Positions 30,036 through 39,421 of a stretch of DNA of 64,000 nucleotides are shown piece by piece. Position numbers and translations under genes: made by a program. The DNA is from an uncultured candidate division Zixibacteria bacterium (GTDB lineage: Bacteria; Zixibacteria; MSB-5A5; GN15; FEB-12): positions 416,001 to 480,000 of the forward strand of contig CAWDXE010000001.1 of the NCBI GenBank assembly GCA_963806185.1, in the 5' to 3' direction. The notes beneath the pieces were generated by a model. It ran no database searches. It was not told the DNA's origin and saw only the letters and a list, made by a program, of their open reading frames with translations. Position 1 is the stretch's first letter; each line of letters starts with the position of its first letter.

Positions 30036-30645
30036 CCCTTGCCTACAGGCGGCTGAACGCGCAACACACCCGAGGGTACGAAGCCTCGTCTGACGGGCTT
30101 ACTTCCATTGGTAAGTCTGTGCCTGGTTGGAATTGACGAGTCAATGTGTCGGACTCGTCTGAAAAAACAACAGGAGTGGTGGAGGGGGATACCCGACTAA
30201 ATCGTCAGGCGGCTGGTAGACCAGCGCACACCACCCCTGTATATCCAAAGTGTTGCATGCATCCTCTGCCCACACCCCCTCGCGATCCCGGGAGAGTCCG
30301 TTCGGAAAAGGAGGACAGCCGCCGGGCAGGTGTCTTGTGTGCGAGACTGGTCCACCCGGTGGCTGCTCACGGGAAGTCTTTTTCCCAAAGGCTGTTGTCC
30401 CAATCTCAAATCATTATACGTGAGCGGTCACGCATAGTCCAGTTTAAGTCTCTGCAGATTCAAGAAAGATCTGAAAGAAGATTCTTTGCAGGAGGAATTG
30501 GGATGTTAGAAGATATCACTCGGTCGCCGTAAGAACCAAGCGAGAAAACGGCCAAACATCAGCATCTGGCGAGCACTGCCCATAACCAACTTGGACCAAT
30601 CTACTTAGGGGATCGCGCTAAGCCGATCAGGGATCGACCGAACGC

Positions 30646-31086
30646 TCATTGAGGCTTCTTCTTCTTTGCCCACCGAGCCAACGCCGCCTTTCGTGCGGCA
30701 TCGCTCCGTTGCCTTTTCGTCAGAGTCTTCGCTCGGGCTTTGCCACCCTTGAGGCCGCCCAGTCTTCCCAAAAAGACCGCGGCGGGGTTTTTAGTCGAAC
30801 TACCGGAGGCGGGTCCATTTGAAGGCGATTCACTTGCAGGTGCGTCCGTATCGGTCGATACCGACTCATCCGTTGAAGTGGATTTCCCCGGCGGATTTCC
30901 AATAGCCGATTCATCGGCAGTAGTTTTGGAGGGTTTGCCGTTGGGATCGCTGGGAACTGTCCCGTCCTGAGGCCTCTCCTTGGCGGTCTCGTCCGCCCGC
31001 TGTCCATTTGCGGTTCGATCTGCCAGTGAATTCGCCAACTCGTCGTGGTCAGCATTTTCTGCGGATGGCCGCTCTTCCGTGCTCAT
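30646..31086 (-). CDS. Low-complexity protein with basic KNPAAVxLGRLGGLKGGKARA C-terminal motif
   Basis: Recognisable basic motif; upstream TTGACA-N17-TATGTT promoter at 31174-31202. Confidence 0.7.
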   Translation of the reverse strand: MSTEERPSAENADHDELANSLADRTANGQRADETAKERPQDGTVPSDPNGKPSKTTADESAIGNPPGKSTSTDESVSTDTDAPASESPSNGPASGSSTKNPAAVFLGRLGGLKGGKARAKTLTKRQRSDAARKAALARWAKKKKPQ

Positions 31087-31267
31087 GCTCTTTTGCAGCT
31101 TGATGGGCTACTGCAGTCGCCGGGTTCCGGGTTGTGATCAATCTCATTGCGGGTGATCTCTTGTCTCTATTCAAACATAGTCACCAGTAACTCATCTGTC
31201 AAGGGGAACGGACAATCCAGCAGGACGTGTCGACAGGCAAGTCCATTATGCATGACGTGTAGCGGCA

Positions 31268-32812
31268 TCACTCCGTGCCCGGACTCTCCCCGATTACCAT
31301 CTTCACGCGATCGCCGGCCTTGAAGACGGCATCCGTTTGAGTCTGGTTGATGATGGCCAATGTCTCAAGCGAAGCCGACGATCCTGCTTGTTTAGCCAGA
31401 ACTCCCAGCGTCGACTCCGTTTTGACCGTCAATATCTTCAGGCGTTGCGGCTGCACCTGGAGGATTTTCGAATCGGTCAGGTGCCGGAAACTTCCCAACG
31501 AGCTGACAATGATCTGCTGATATTTTCCCCAGAGCTGCTCAGTTGTATAGCCAAGCAATTGGTAAACATGCCCCTTGTGTTCGACAAATGCCGCCTTACC
31601 CTGCAACACTCCCTGATCGGTTTGCGCCTGGAATTTTGCGGAAGCGGCGGGGAGGCCATTGACCTTGCCTGTCTCAAGGCGCTCGGCCGTCATTCCCTCC
31701 TGTGCGAAGAATTGCTTGGCCGCCGTCGCGCTGGAGTTTCCCTGAGCCATTGTGATTTGCAGTACCGCATCCTGGTTTGAACTGACTGCCGCCACAGCTT
31801 CGTTCTGATTCACCGTCTGCCAACTGGAAGGGAACTCGAACTCGAACTCGAGATCTGGCTGGTAGAAATGACTTCCGCGGAAGAAGCCGTCGCGCGGATT
31901 CTTACCGAATACCACACCATCGATACGTTTGAGATAGCTGTCCTGATTTACGGTTAAGCGATCCAGATTGAGCGTGAGGGTATCAACCTCCTTCTGAAAA
32001 GCCGCGCTCCGGTTTTCCGGGTTCGGATGAGTCTCAAGCCATTCCGGCACGCTTCCCCCGCCGCCGGCCAGACTGACGCGATTCAGCATATCGAACACCT
32101 GGATCATCTGACGCGGGTCATTTCCCGCCCGAACCATATAGCGAAAGCCGAGATGATCCGCCTGACTTTCATCGTCGCGACTGTATTTCAAATACAACAG
32201 CCCCAGCCCGGCGTTGAGATACTGCGCGTATTTCTGAAGTCCCGGCTTAATCATCATGCCGGCCGTCACGCCAAGCTGCGTTAATTCCTGGTTGGACATG
32301 CTGTGAACCGCATGTTGTGCGGTCACATGACCGATCTCGTGTCCAATCACCCCGGATAGCTCCGCTTCGTTCTCCACGTATGTTAACAGGCCGCGGGTGA
32401 CATAAATGAAGCCCCCAGGTAAGGCAAATGCATTCACGGCCGGGTCATTTACCACTCGAAAGGTCCACGGTAGAGTGGGTCGTTCTGAGTTCTTCGCCAA
32501 TTTGGTGCCCAGCTCCGCCACGTAGCGCTGCAAGGCCGAATCTTCATAAAGCCCGAGAGTGGCCACTACCTGTGAATCAGCCTCCCGACCCATCGCGATC
32601 TCCCGTGATTCGCCGATCAGATTGAGGTGCCTTTCGCCCGTCGCAAGATTCATGGCGCAGGTCGCCATGATCAGAACCGTCGCCGGCACAATCAGTGCGA
32701 AACCCACACAGGTCATGGTGCGCTTCAAGCCACGGCCGACGCCGCAATCGCCAACATCCGAATGGAGACGATTGCGACATCCCAGTGAATTGCTCCTGTT
32801 CTTCATCATCAC
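31268..32812 (-). CDS. M48 family metalloprotease (true start probably ~30 codons downstream)
   Basis: NAFALPGG, GHEIGH, YSRDDE.QAD, THP motifs. Confidence 0.92.
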   Translation of the reverse strand: MMMKNRSNSLGCRNRLHSDVGDCGVGRGLKRTMTCVGFALIVPATVLIMATCAMNLATGERHLNLIGESREIAMGREADSQVVATLGLYEDSALQRYVAELGTKLAKNSERPTLPWTFRVVNDPAVNAFALPGGFIYVTRGLLTYVENEAELSGVIGHEIGHVTAQHAVHSMSNQELTQLGVTAGMMIKPGLQKYAQYLNAGLGLLYLKYSRDDESQADHLGFRYMVRAGNDPRQMIQVFDMLNRVSLAGGGGSVPEWLETHPNPENRSAAFQKEVDTLTLNLDRLTVNQDSYLKRIDGVVFGKNPRDGFFRGSHFYQPDLEFEFEFPSSWQTVNQNEAVAAVSSNQDAVLQITMAQGNSSATAAKQFFAQEGMTAERLETGKVNGLPAASAKFQAQTDQGVLQGKAAFVEHKGHVYQLLGYTTEQLWGKYQQIIVSSLGSFRHLTDSKILQVQPQRLKILTVKTESTLGVLAKQAGSSASLETLAIINQTQTDAVFKAGDRVKMVIGESPGTE

Positions 32813-32848
32813 ATCATCCTATCAGCTTTGTCGCGCGGCCGACCCGCC

Positions 32849-33088
32849 TCAGACTGCACTGCTGCTTGCGTGGCGCCGCCGCCCAACGACCATTAGTATA
32901 ACGCCTGTCGCCAGGGCTGCCGCTCCGGCAATAGGAGGTACCGGGATCTGTCGATTTTCCCTCACCTCGACATGCATCGGTCCCATGTCGACGACGTTCC
33001 TGTTCGTGGCATAGGTGATTCCGCCATAAATGAGCCCCACAGCACCGATCACAATCAGGATGATGCCAATCAGAGTCATAGTTTTCAT
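32849..33088 (-). CDS. Small membrane protein (DUF3185-like)
   Basis: Two TM helices flanking GGITY..VVDMGP..IPVPP; AAAGGA RBS. Confidence 0.75.
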   Translation of the reverse strand: MKTMTLIGIILIVIGAVGLIYGGITYATNRNVVDMGPMHVEVRENRQIPVPPIAGAAALATGVILMVVGRRRHASSSAV

Positions 33089-33116
33089 TTGTGTTCCTTT
33101 CCTGACGCAATGTGCG

Positions 33117-33266
33117 TCACGCTATTCGTCGGCCGGAAATGACTCGGACCAACACAACTACGAGTGCGACCACCAGCAAGACGTGAATGAAGCCACTCAT
33201 CGTGACGCCGGTTACCAGACCAAGTGCCCACATAATCAGCAGCACTACGGCTAATGTCCAAAGCAT
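33117..33266 (-). CDS. lmo0937-family small membrane protein
   Basis: Translated by hand: MLWTLAVVLLIMWALGLVTGVTMSGFIHVLLVVALVVVLVRVISGRRIA; GAGGAG RBS. Confidence 0.85.
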   Translation of the reverse strand: MLWTLAVVLLIMWALGLVTGVTMSGFIHVLLVVALVVVLVRVISGRRIA

Positions 33267-33343
33267 ATAGCTCTCCTCTTTGTTTGTTGCGGGATCGCTG
33301 CCGTCGTGTGGATCTCAGCATCGACCGGCAGCAATCCGGCAAC

Positions 33344-34132
33344 TCAGTTGGTTGACGACTGCGATGTCTCGACAGTCATTTTGTTGTTTACGCTCTTTAC
33401 CCCATGGATATCGTTGACACGTTTGGTGGCCAGATCGATCTCCGCCTGATTCCTGGCTGTGCCGGTCAGCGTGACAATCCCCTTCTCGGTGGACACTTTC
33501 ATGGGAGACAGACCGTCGCCGTGATGATATCTCATCGACATGCGGACCTGGGACGTGATCGAGGCGTCGTCGATCTTCTCTCCCTTCGATCGGGGCGCCT
33601 TCTCAGGCGACGCTTTCACGGTCATTTGATTATCCACGCCTTTGACACCCGAGACGTCTTTGGCATACTCGGTCGTGAGTTCCTTCTGCGCCGCGCTGGA
33701 CGCCTTGCCTCGAAGGGTCACGTTGCCGTCTGTGACGTCAACGTTGGTGCCCATATAGCTGACACTGCGGTGAAACAGCAGGGTGCTGCGCACGCGTTGA
33801 GCCAGCCAGGCATCTGATCCGGCGCTGGCGGGTGCCTCCGTGACCTTGAGCTGGTTATCGACGCTCTTGACTCCAGCCAAGCCAAGAATGGTTTCTTCCG
33901 CCATTGATCTGTGCGACTCGTCGGACACGGTGCCTGTCAGAGTGACAATGCCTTCCTTTGACTGGATCTTGATGGCATCGTGCTTGAGATAGGTCTTAAA
34001 TACATACGACCGCTTGGCTGACGACTTGATGTTGCCGTCGATGCGTGACGCGTACAAAGGGACACTCGTCACCATCATGAATACGGCCGCTCCGATTACT
34101 ATCGCGATACGGGTTGCGTTGAAGTGTCTCAA
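33344..34132 (-). CDS. OsmY-like protein with three BON domains
   Basis: Three G.VTL.G...GVK.V.N repeats; signal peptide; TTG start after AGGAG. Confidence 0.9.
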   Translation of the reverse strand: MRHFNATRIAIVIGAAVFMMVTSVPLYASRIDGNIKSSAKRSYVFKTYLKHDAIKIQSKEGIVTLTGTVSDESHRSMAEETILGLAGVKSVDNQLKVTEAPASAGSDAWLAQRVRSTLLFHRSVSYMGTNVDVTDGNVTLRGKASSAAQKELTTEYAKDVSGVKGVDNQMTVKASPEKAPRSKGEKIDDASITSQVRMSMRYHHGDGLSPMKVSTEKGIVTLTGTARNQAEIDLATKRVNDIHGVKSVNNKMTVETSQSSTN

Positions 34133-34222
34133 AATATCTCCTGTTTCCTTTCTATTCGATGAGAGTAGCACCATCCCTTTGTGAGTAGTGCCCTCGTCAT
34201 CAGTTTTCGACCCTCACACGGA

Positions 34223-34708
34223 CTAATGCCCGAACGTCCAGCCAATGGTGGCTTTGAAATCGGGGGCGTCTGCCAGGCCAAGTTTTCCCTCCATGAAGAA
34301 ATGCCCTGATTCACTGCGGGACGACCCTTTTCCCACGCCGAACTGCATGTATACACCTGTTTCAGTCTGGCTGCCCCCATGCTTCCACGAGTAGAATATG
34401 GGACCGACTCCACCACCCAGATACGGCGTCCAGGCTCCCCAATCGGAGCGAAAGCGATAGTCAAGTTCAAACGAGGGTGCGACCGTGGTGATGTTGTCGC
34501 CGACGCCGATTTCCAGATTCGGCAGAATCATCAGATTCTCCGAGATATCGCCAAAGTCGATATGTCCACCGAAATGGAACTGATCGGGGTTGACTGTCAT
34601 TCCGAGTCTCGGTCCTATGCCGTGAAACCCGACCGGGCGCTTGCTCCCGAAGGCGGAGACACTGCACAGGAGGCCTGCTATCAGAGTCGCGATTACTAAC
34701 TTCTTCAT
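34223..34708 (-). CDS. Small outer-membrane beta-barrel protein
   Basis: Signal peptide; amphipathic strands; PYLGGG; C-terminal GWTF. Confidence 0.75.
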   Translation of the reverse strand: MKKLVIATLIAGLLCSVSAFGSKRPVGFHGIGPRLGMTVNPDQFHFGGHIDFGDISENLMILPNLEIGVGDNITTVAPSFELDYRFRSDWGAWTPYLGGGVGPIFYSWKHGGSQTETGVYMQFGVGKGSSRSESGHFFMEGKLGLADAPDFKATIGWTFGH

Positions 34709-34774
34709 TATTCAATCCTTTCGAAATGTGGTCGTCCCGTACGCGGGCAGACCAGGTGTCAATCTTTGTCTTGT

Positions 34775-35416
34775 TTATCTCAAGGCGATCTGCTTCGACT
34801 GGCTGGAGAAGAACACGACTTCCGTGCCCGGCCCGTAGAAGATATCTTGCTTGCCGGTCATGACTGACAAGCCTGTGCCGGCGGCGGCACCGGCGGCGGC
34901 ACCGATTTCGGTACTCCCCTTCTTGTCAATGATTTTGCCGATAATCCCGCCGACAATTGCTCCGCCTCCAATCATGGCGACCTCTCTGTTCGTGTGCGAT
35001 CCCTTCTTTTCCATGATCATGTCGGTACCTAGGTTGATCCAATGACCGCTTCCGTCCTGGATGGAGGTCAGACTGAAGTTCAATTCGGCGGGGGTTTTGA
35101 GTCGGCCGGACTCGACAACTTTGTTCAGCACGCCTCTCGCCCCGGCGCCGTCAGCAAACAGGGTGTGTCCGCTTACGACAATGGGTCGAGACAATCTGGC
35201 GCGAAATTCCGCGCCCGTCACCTGAACGTCGGTGTCAATTGAATCGATGAGCGTCACGGCTATTGCCGTGCTCTCTGGCATGGTGACGTAGGCGGTCGTC
35301 TTCACTGCGTCACCGGTAAGTCCGGCGCCTGTTTTTGGTTCCGCCGTGCTGGTGCCGCAGGAAGCGGCCAGGAGCACCAGTGAAACTGATAGTAAGAGAC
35401 TGATTACTTTGAACAC
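34775..35416 (-). CDS. Lipoprotein with glycine-zipper helices
   Basis: LAASC lipobox; GGGAIVGGIIG / IGAAAGAAAG. Confidence 0.75.
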   Translation of the reverse strand: MFKVISLLLSVSLVLLAASCGTSTAEPKTGAGLTGDAVKTTAYVTMPESTAIAVTLIDSIDTDVQVTGAEFRARLSRPIVVSGHTLFADGAGARGVLNKVVESGRLKTPAELNFSLTSIQDGSGHWINLGTDMIMEKKGSHTNREVAMIGGGAIVGGIIGKIIDKKGSTEIGAAAGAAAGTGLSVMTGKQDIFYGPGTEVVFFSSQSKQIALR

Positions 35417-35625
35417 ATAAACTCCTTAATTCCATTCGAAATGACATGGTTAATCTGGGGAATGCTTATTGACCCATTCTGCCGCTCCTGACTCTCCCTG
35501 CGGGCAAGTTGCACGTGCCATCGCAGTTCACTCGATAGAGAAGCTCAACCTGGGGCATAGTCTGGTCTTCAAACAATGTTCTAATAGTCATAACTTCCTT
35601 TCAACGCCTTCTCAAGACACTTACC

Positions 35626-36225
35626 TCACCCCGAAGCGGATGACTGACCCGCAATTGTTTCGTGATCGTTTTCGCCCACGAGATGCGCAAAGAGCTCCTC
35701 ACGGAGAAACTCACGACCCCGATTGAGCAATGAATCGACTGCCAGCGGCTGCACGCCGGCCAGATCGGCAATCTCCACATTGGAGAATCCCTCGAGATAT
35801 GACAGAATCATCACCGAGCGGAAGGTCGGAGGAAGGCCGGCAAATGCCTCGAAGTAGTTTACGTCACCGTCGTATCCGCCGGTCAGCCATGACCGGTGCC
35901 GCGTATCGCCGGTTGCTGCGGAAATCAGCCGGTCGCCGTTGTCAACGCTTTCGCTGGTCACTCCGCCAGAGGTCTGGTTCGGCGGCTGCACGACCTGGCT
36001 GTTTCTGTTAAGGAATTGTCGGGTCAGGATACTATGCAGCCGAACATAACTTTCTTCCGACGTCAACTCGTCCCAATTGTGAACCGCCTCGGCCATCGCC
36101 GACCGCATCAGCTTGACGGCGTCACGCCCGTTCTTTGTTAACCACAGGGAGAATTGCAGAAGGACTTCAATGTGTGGTGAAATCTTTTCCTTGAAGTCCG
36201 CTCTGATTGTGCTGTCGCTCATCAT
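35626..36225 (-). CDS. ECF-type sigma factor, divergent
   Basis: PHIEVL..SLWLTKN..DA; LP..FR.VMIL..LEGFS..EIA...V.SLLNRGR; start reassigned to MMSDS after GAGG. Confidence 0.75.
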   Translation of the reverse strand: MMSDSTIRADFKEKISPHIEVLLQFSLWLTKNGRDAVKLMRSAMAEAVHNWDELTSEESYVRLHSILTRQFLNRNSQVVQPPNQTSGGVTSESVDNGDRLISAATGDTRHRSWLTGGYDGDVNYFEAFAGLPPTFRSVMILSYLEGFSNVEIADLAGVQPLAVDSLLNRGREFLREELFAHLVGENDHETIAGQSSASG

Positions 36226-36438
36226 TATGTAAGTCCTCGCCTTCCATGTCGCGTTGCGAATTTGGTCTCGTTGAGATCCGGAGAGAGAGTGGGCTGCAGT
36301 TGGTGTCGAGAATTCGGAAATCCCTTCCATTCTCGAGATCGTGAGTGTTCTACCCTGGAGCGCCTTGCGCTTCCGGGGGAGAGCTCTCTCCACAGTAGCA
36401 ATTACGATGAAGTGGATGTCCCGGGCAATCCATCACAG

Positions 36439-36456
36439 GATTGAAAAGGGAGCTAG
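36439..36456 (-). promoter_or_regulatory. Island motif copy B (upstream of second ECF sigma)
   Basis: CTAGCTCCCTTTTCAATC-N10-TTGCCC. Confidence 0.7.
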
Positions 36457-36477
36457 TCCTTCAGCGTGTGAAGACAA

Positions 36478-37165
36478 TCACGGTTTGTTTTGGTTAGTCG
36501 CAAACGCCTTCTTGAGAGGGCGCTTGACATTGGCGAAGGCTGCCAATTCCAGTCGTGTATGGAGCGCGAGCTTATCCATGATATTGCGGATGTGACTTTT
36601 GACGGTATAGACTGCGATCTCAAGTATACGAGAGGTCTCCAGGACAGTCTTTTGTTTGGCCAGCAGTTTTATCACCTCTTGCTCCCGATGAGGTCAACTT
36701 GACGGCCTCAATCACCTGGTCCACAGATCCCGCCTGCACGGCGCGCTCGACAATCTGAGAAAACAGCGAATCCGCCATCGTCGGAGGCAGAATCTTGACC
36801 CCTCGGGCAACCGATCTGATCGTGTGCAGGAACTCGTCAAGAGTCGCGTTTCTGGGGATGAATCCGGAGACACCCGCTTTGACGAGGTCGACTGCCTCTG
36901 AATGGGCCGGGATCAGGTCCATGACGATCACCTCGGCCTTGGGGCACTGCGTCCTTATCGAATCGAGCACCTTCAGACTGTTGCGACTCTTGAGTCCCAG
37001 GTCGAGCAATACCACATCCGGCTTCACTTTTTTGGCCCTCTCCAGGGCGCTCTTATTGCCAGGAGACGATACCGCCTCTATGTCCTCCTGCTCGTTGAGT
37101 ACAGAGGTAGTCCCCTCGCGCAAAAGGCGATTATCTTCAATCAGCAGGATCTTTATCTTTGCCAT
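36478..37165 (-). pseudogene. NarL/LuxR response regulator split by a +1 frameshift near 36691 (pseudogene or sequencing error)
   Basis: Removing one base joins REC to KLTHREQEVIKLL..TVKSHIRNIMDKL HTH; paralog of 38407-39141. Confidence 0.8.
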
Positions 37166-37299
37166 ATGTCAACCAAGCTCTCATCAATCGATTTGTGACC
37201 CAACTACGACAGATGTGTTGGTAGGCATGCCGGGACCGGGTCACCACCTGTCCCTTGATATGTATACGGCCGATTCCGGCGGAATTCAATCGCTCGTTG

Positions 37300-37317
37300 G
37301 GATGATAAAGGAACTAG
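37300..37317 (-). promoter_or_regulatory. Island motif copy F (upstream of split LuxR gene)
   Basis: CTAGTTCCTTTATCATCC-N10-TTGAAT-N17-TATACA. Confidence 0.65.
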
Positions 37318-37848
37318 ATCTCTTCTCAGATATTCGAACCGCTAACTTCGGCCCCCCCCTGGTATCTCGTCTAGCGTCTTCAGAGGAAGAGCGCACGTCG
37401 CCGACTATTTTCGCAGGCCAAGCGTTGCCAATCAGAAAGAGATCAGCCTGGAGGTATCTGCATATGCGCGTGTGCTGTTGGGCGCTCGTCCGGGCCGCCA
37501 GTACTGCACACTTGATCAATTCTGCTCGCTCTTCCGCACGCCGTATAGCCGCTTGTCGACTAATTGCGGCCTGGTCGTGCCGATCTGTAATTGGCCGCTG
37601 TGAGTTTATGACCGGCGAAATCGATGCAGGATGATTATCTACAGAAGGCGGACACTCCGCCGACCCATCGGGCAATCGAAAACGGGACCCCGGTGAAATA
37701 AGTGTGTTTGATATCTTATGTATATACATGCAATCTGCCTTCGTGATTAAACCAGGTGATTGTCAACTCATGCCACGGCACGCCTAGACGTGATCCTGTG
37801 GTCTGGCCGCTTCCGGCTGACCATAAATTCTTCTTCGACCGTCGGCCT

Positions 37849-38217
37849 TCAGCCGGAACGTCTGAGCCGTCCGGCCCATGGGTCGGCTTCTCGTTTGGGC
37901 CATTCTCTGGTGACCATTGTCTGCTCGCGCCTGCCTTGTGGCCTGGCATCCAGGTCTTTGGCAAATGCTTCCGCGTAAGCTTTCAGAATGCCGTCCTCAA
38001 GTTGTTTGCGCGTTTCCTGATTGGTCGGGTGGGCAACATCGCAATAGGTACCGTCGCCCCGCCGCCGGCTCGGCATCGACACAAAATACCCGTTGGACCC
38101 CTGGATGACCTTCAACCCGCGGATCACAAAGCAGTCGTCGAAAGTGATGTTGGCAAAAGCTTTGAGTTTCTCCTCATCACGCAGCGTGATACAGATTTCA
38201 GAAATCTTCACGGTCAA
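37849..38217 (-). CDS. spoVG: SpoVG family nucleic-acid-binding protein
   Basis: LKAFANITFDDCFVIRGLKVIQG.NG.FVSMPSR...G.Y.DVAHP. Confidence 0.92.
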   Translation of the reverse strand: MTVKISEICITLRDEEKLKAFANITFDDCFVIRGLKVIQGSNGYFVSMPSRRRGDGTYCDVAHPTNQETRKQLEDGILKAYAEAFAKDLDARPQGRREQTMVTREWPKREADPWAGRLRRSG

Positions 38218-38349
38218 CTCCTTGTCAAACGTTTGACCACCTCTTCACTCAAATCACTGCGTCAGGCAGCGATCTATATTTGGACCGAAGCGAATATCCC
38301 TGACTGATGCAGAATACACGTCACACGATGCCCGGACAATCGCCCGAAA

Positions 38350-38367
38350 GATTGAAAAATGGATGAG
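38350..38367 (-). promoter_or_regulatory. Island motif copy C (upstream of spoVG)
   Basis: CTCATCCATTTTTCAATC-N10-TTGTCC-N17-TATTCT, with an overlapping second copy 11 bp upstream. Confidence 0.7.
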
Positions 38368-38406
38368 AAAGGGATTAGATCGGTGAGAGGGCTACGGTAA
38401 GGGGAG

Positions 38407-39141
38407 TCAATCGTCTTCTGCCAGGGTCTTTTTGGAGCCTGACGAAGTAAGAGCAAGTTTGGCAACTTCCAACCGGCTGTGGATGGCGAGCTTTTCCAGA
38501 ATATTGTGCACATGGCTCTTGACCGTGTGAACAGCAATATTCAGTTGTGACGCGATTTCCTTATTGCTCCTGCCCTGTGCAATCAAGTCAATAACGTCCT
38601 GCTCCCGTCTGGTCATCCGGACCGACTCGATCAGCGTCCCCACCTTGCCTGATTGGAGCGCATGTTCCACGATCTGCGAAAAGAGTGATCCCGTCAGCGA
38701 CGGCGGCAGTATCTTCGTACCCTGGGCCACCGATCGTATGGTGTGGAGAAAGTCATCCAGTGTGGCGTCCTTGAGAATAAAACCTGAGACTCCGGCCCTG
38801 ACATATTCGGCGACGTCCGCTTGCACAGGGATGAGGTCCATCACGATCACATCGGTCCTGGAAAATTCTCGCTTGATACTTTCGACTACTTTGAGGCTGT
38901 TGGCACTGCGCAGACCGAGATCCAGCAATACGACATGCGGCTTCAGCTTGCGGGCCTGCTCGAGCGCATCACCGTTGCCTGTTGTCGAGACAGCCCTGAT
39001 ATCGGGCTCTTGGTTAAGCATGGCCGCGATGCCTTCGCGCAGCAGACGATTGTCCTCCATCAGCAACACGCGAATCTTCGCCACCACAGTTCGTGACTTT
39101 GAAGCGGCGGTCCTGACTTTAGGCACAGAGATATCCTCCAC
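38407..39141 (-). CDS. NarL/LuxR-family response regulator (intact)
   Basis: REC (MEDN, LLDLGL) plus T.RE..V..LIA.G.SNKEIA.QL.I..HTVKSHV.NILEKL. Confidence 0.93.
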   Translation of the reverse strand: MEDISVPKVRTAASKSRTVVAKIRVLLMEDNRLLREGIAAMLNQEPDIRAVSTTGNGDALEQARKLKPHVVLLDLGLRSANSLKVVESIKREFSRTDVIVMDLIPVQADVAEYVRAGVSGFILKDATLDDFLHTIRSVAQGTKILPPSLTGSLFSQIVEHALQSGKVGTLIESVRMTRREQDVIDLIAQGRSNKEIASQLNIAVHTVKSHVHNILEKLAIHSRLEVAKLALTSSGSKKTLAEDD

Positions 39142-39167
39142 CTATGAATTACTTAAGAACCACAAAA

Positions 39168-39196
39168 AGTATGATGCTTTCCAAGATTCCTGTCAA
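39168..39196 (-). promoter_or_regulatory. Sigma70-type promoter of the intact LuxR gene
   Basis: TTGACA-N17-CATACT on the minus strand. Confidence 0.65.
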
Positions 39197-39421
39197 CACT
39201 TTTTTGGTGTTTTCGGCCACTAAGTACATATACTGCCAGTACTTCCCCGCCGGGGGGGCTGCCCTACTCACTAATTGTCCAAAAATACACCGAATTTCGC
39301 CAGCTTGAAGGTACACAGGTAATGCGTTACCTTGGGGGGTTGGCCGCGCCTACGAATCGCAGCCCGAGTGAAACCATAGTATGATGCGCATGGAGTAGTT
39401 TTCATCCAAAAGGCAGCAAAC

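Noticed and set aside
35504..35520. Sigma54 promoter TGGCAC...TTGC upstream of the lipoprotein operon
   Set aside because: Spacing is 2 bp too long for -24/-12.
37286..37729. 147-aa ORF between the LuxR gene and spoVG
   Set aside because: No recognisable domain, and it overlaps a promoter motif; probably spurious.
37849..38217. Evidence of sporulation
   Set aside because: SpoVG is a widespread nucleic-acid-binding protein, and no other sporulation genes are present.
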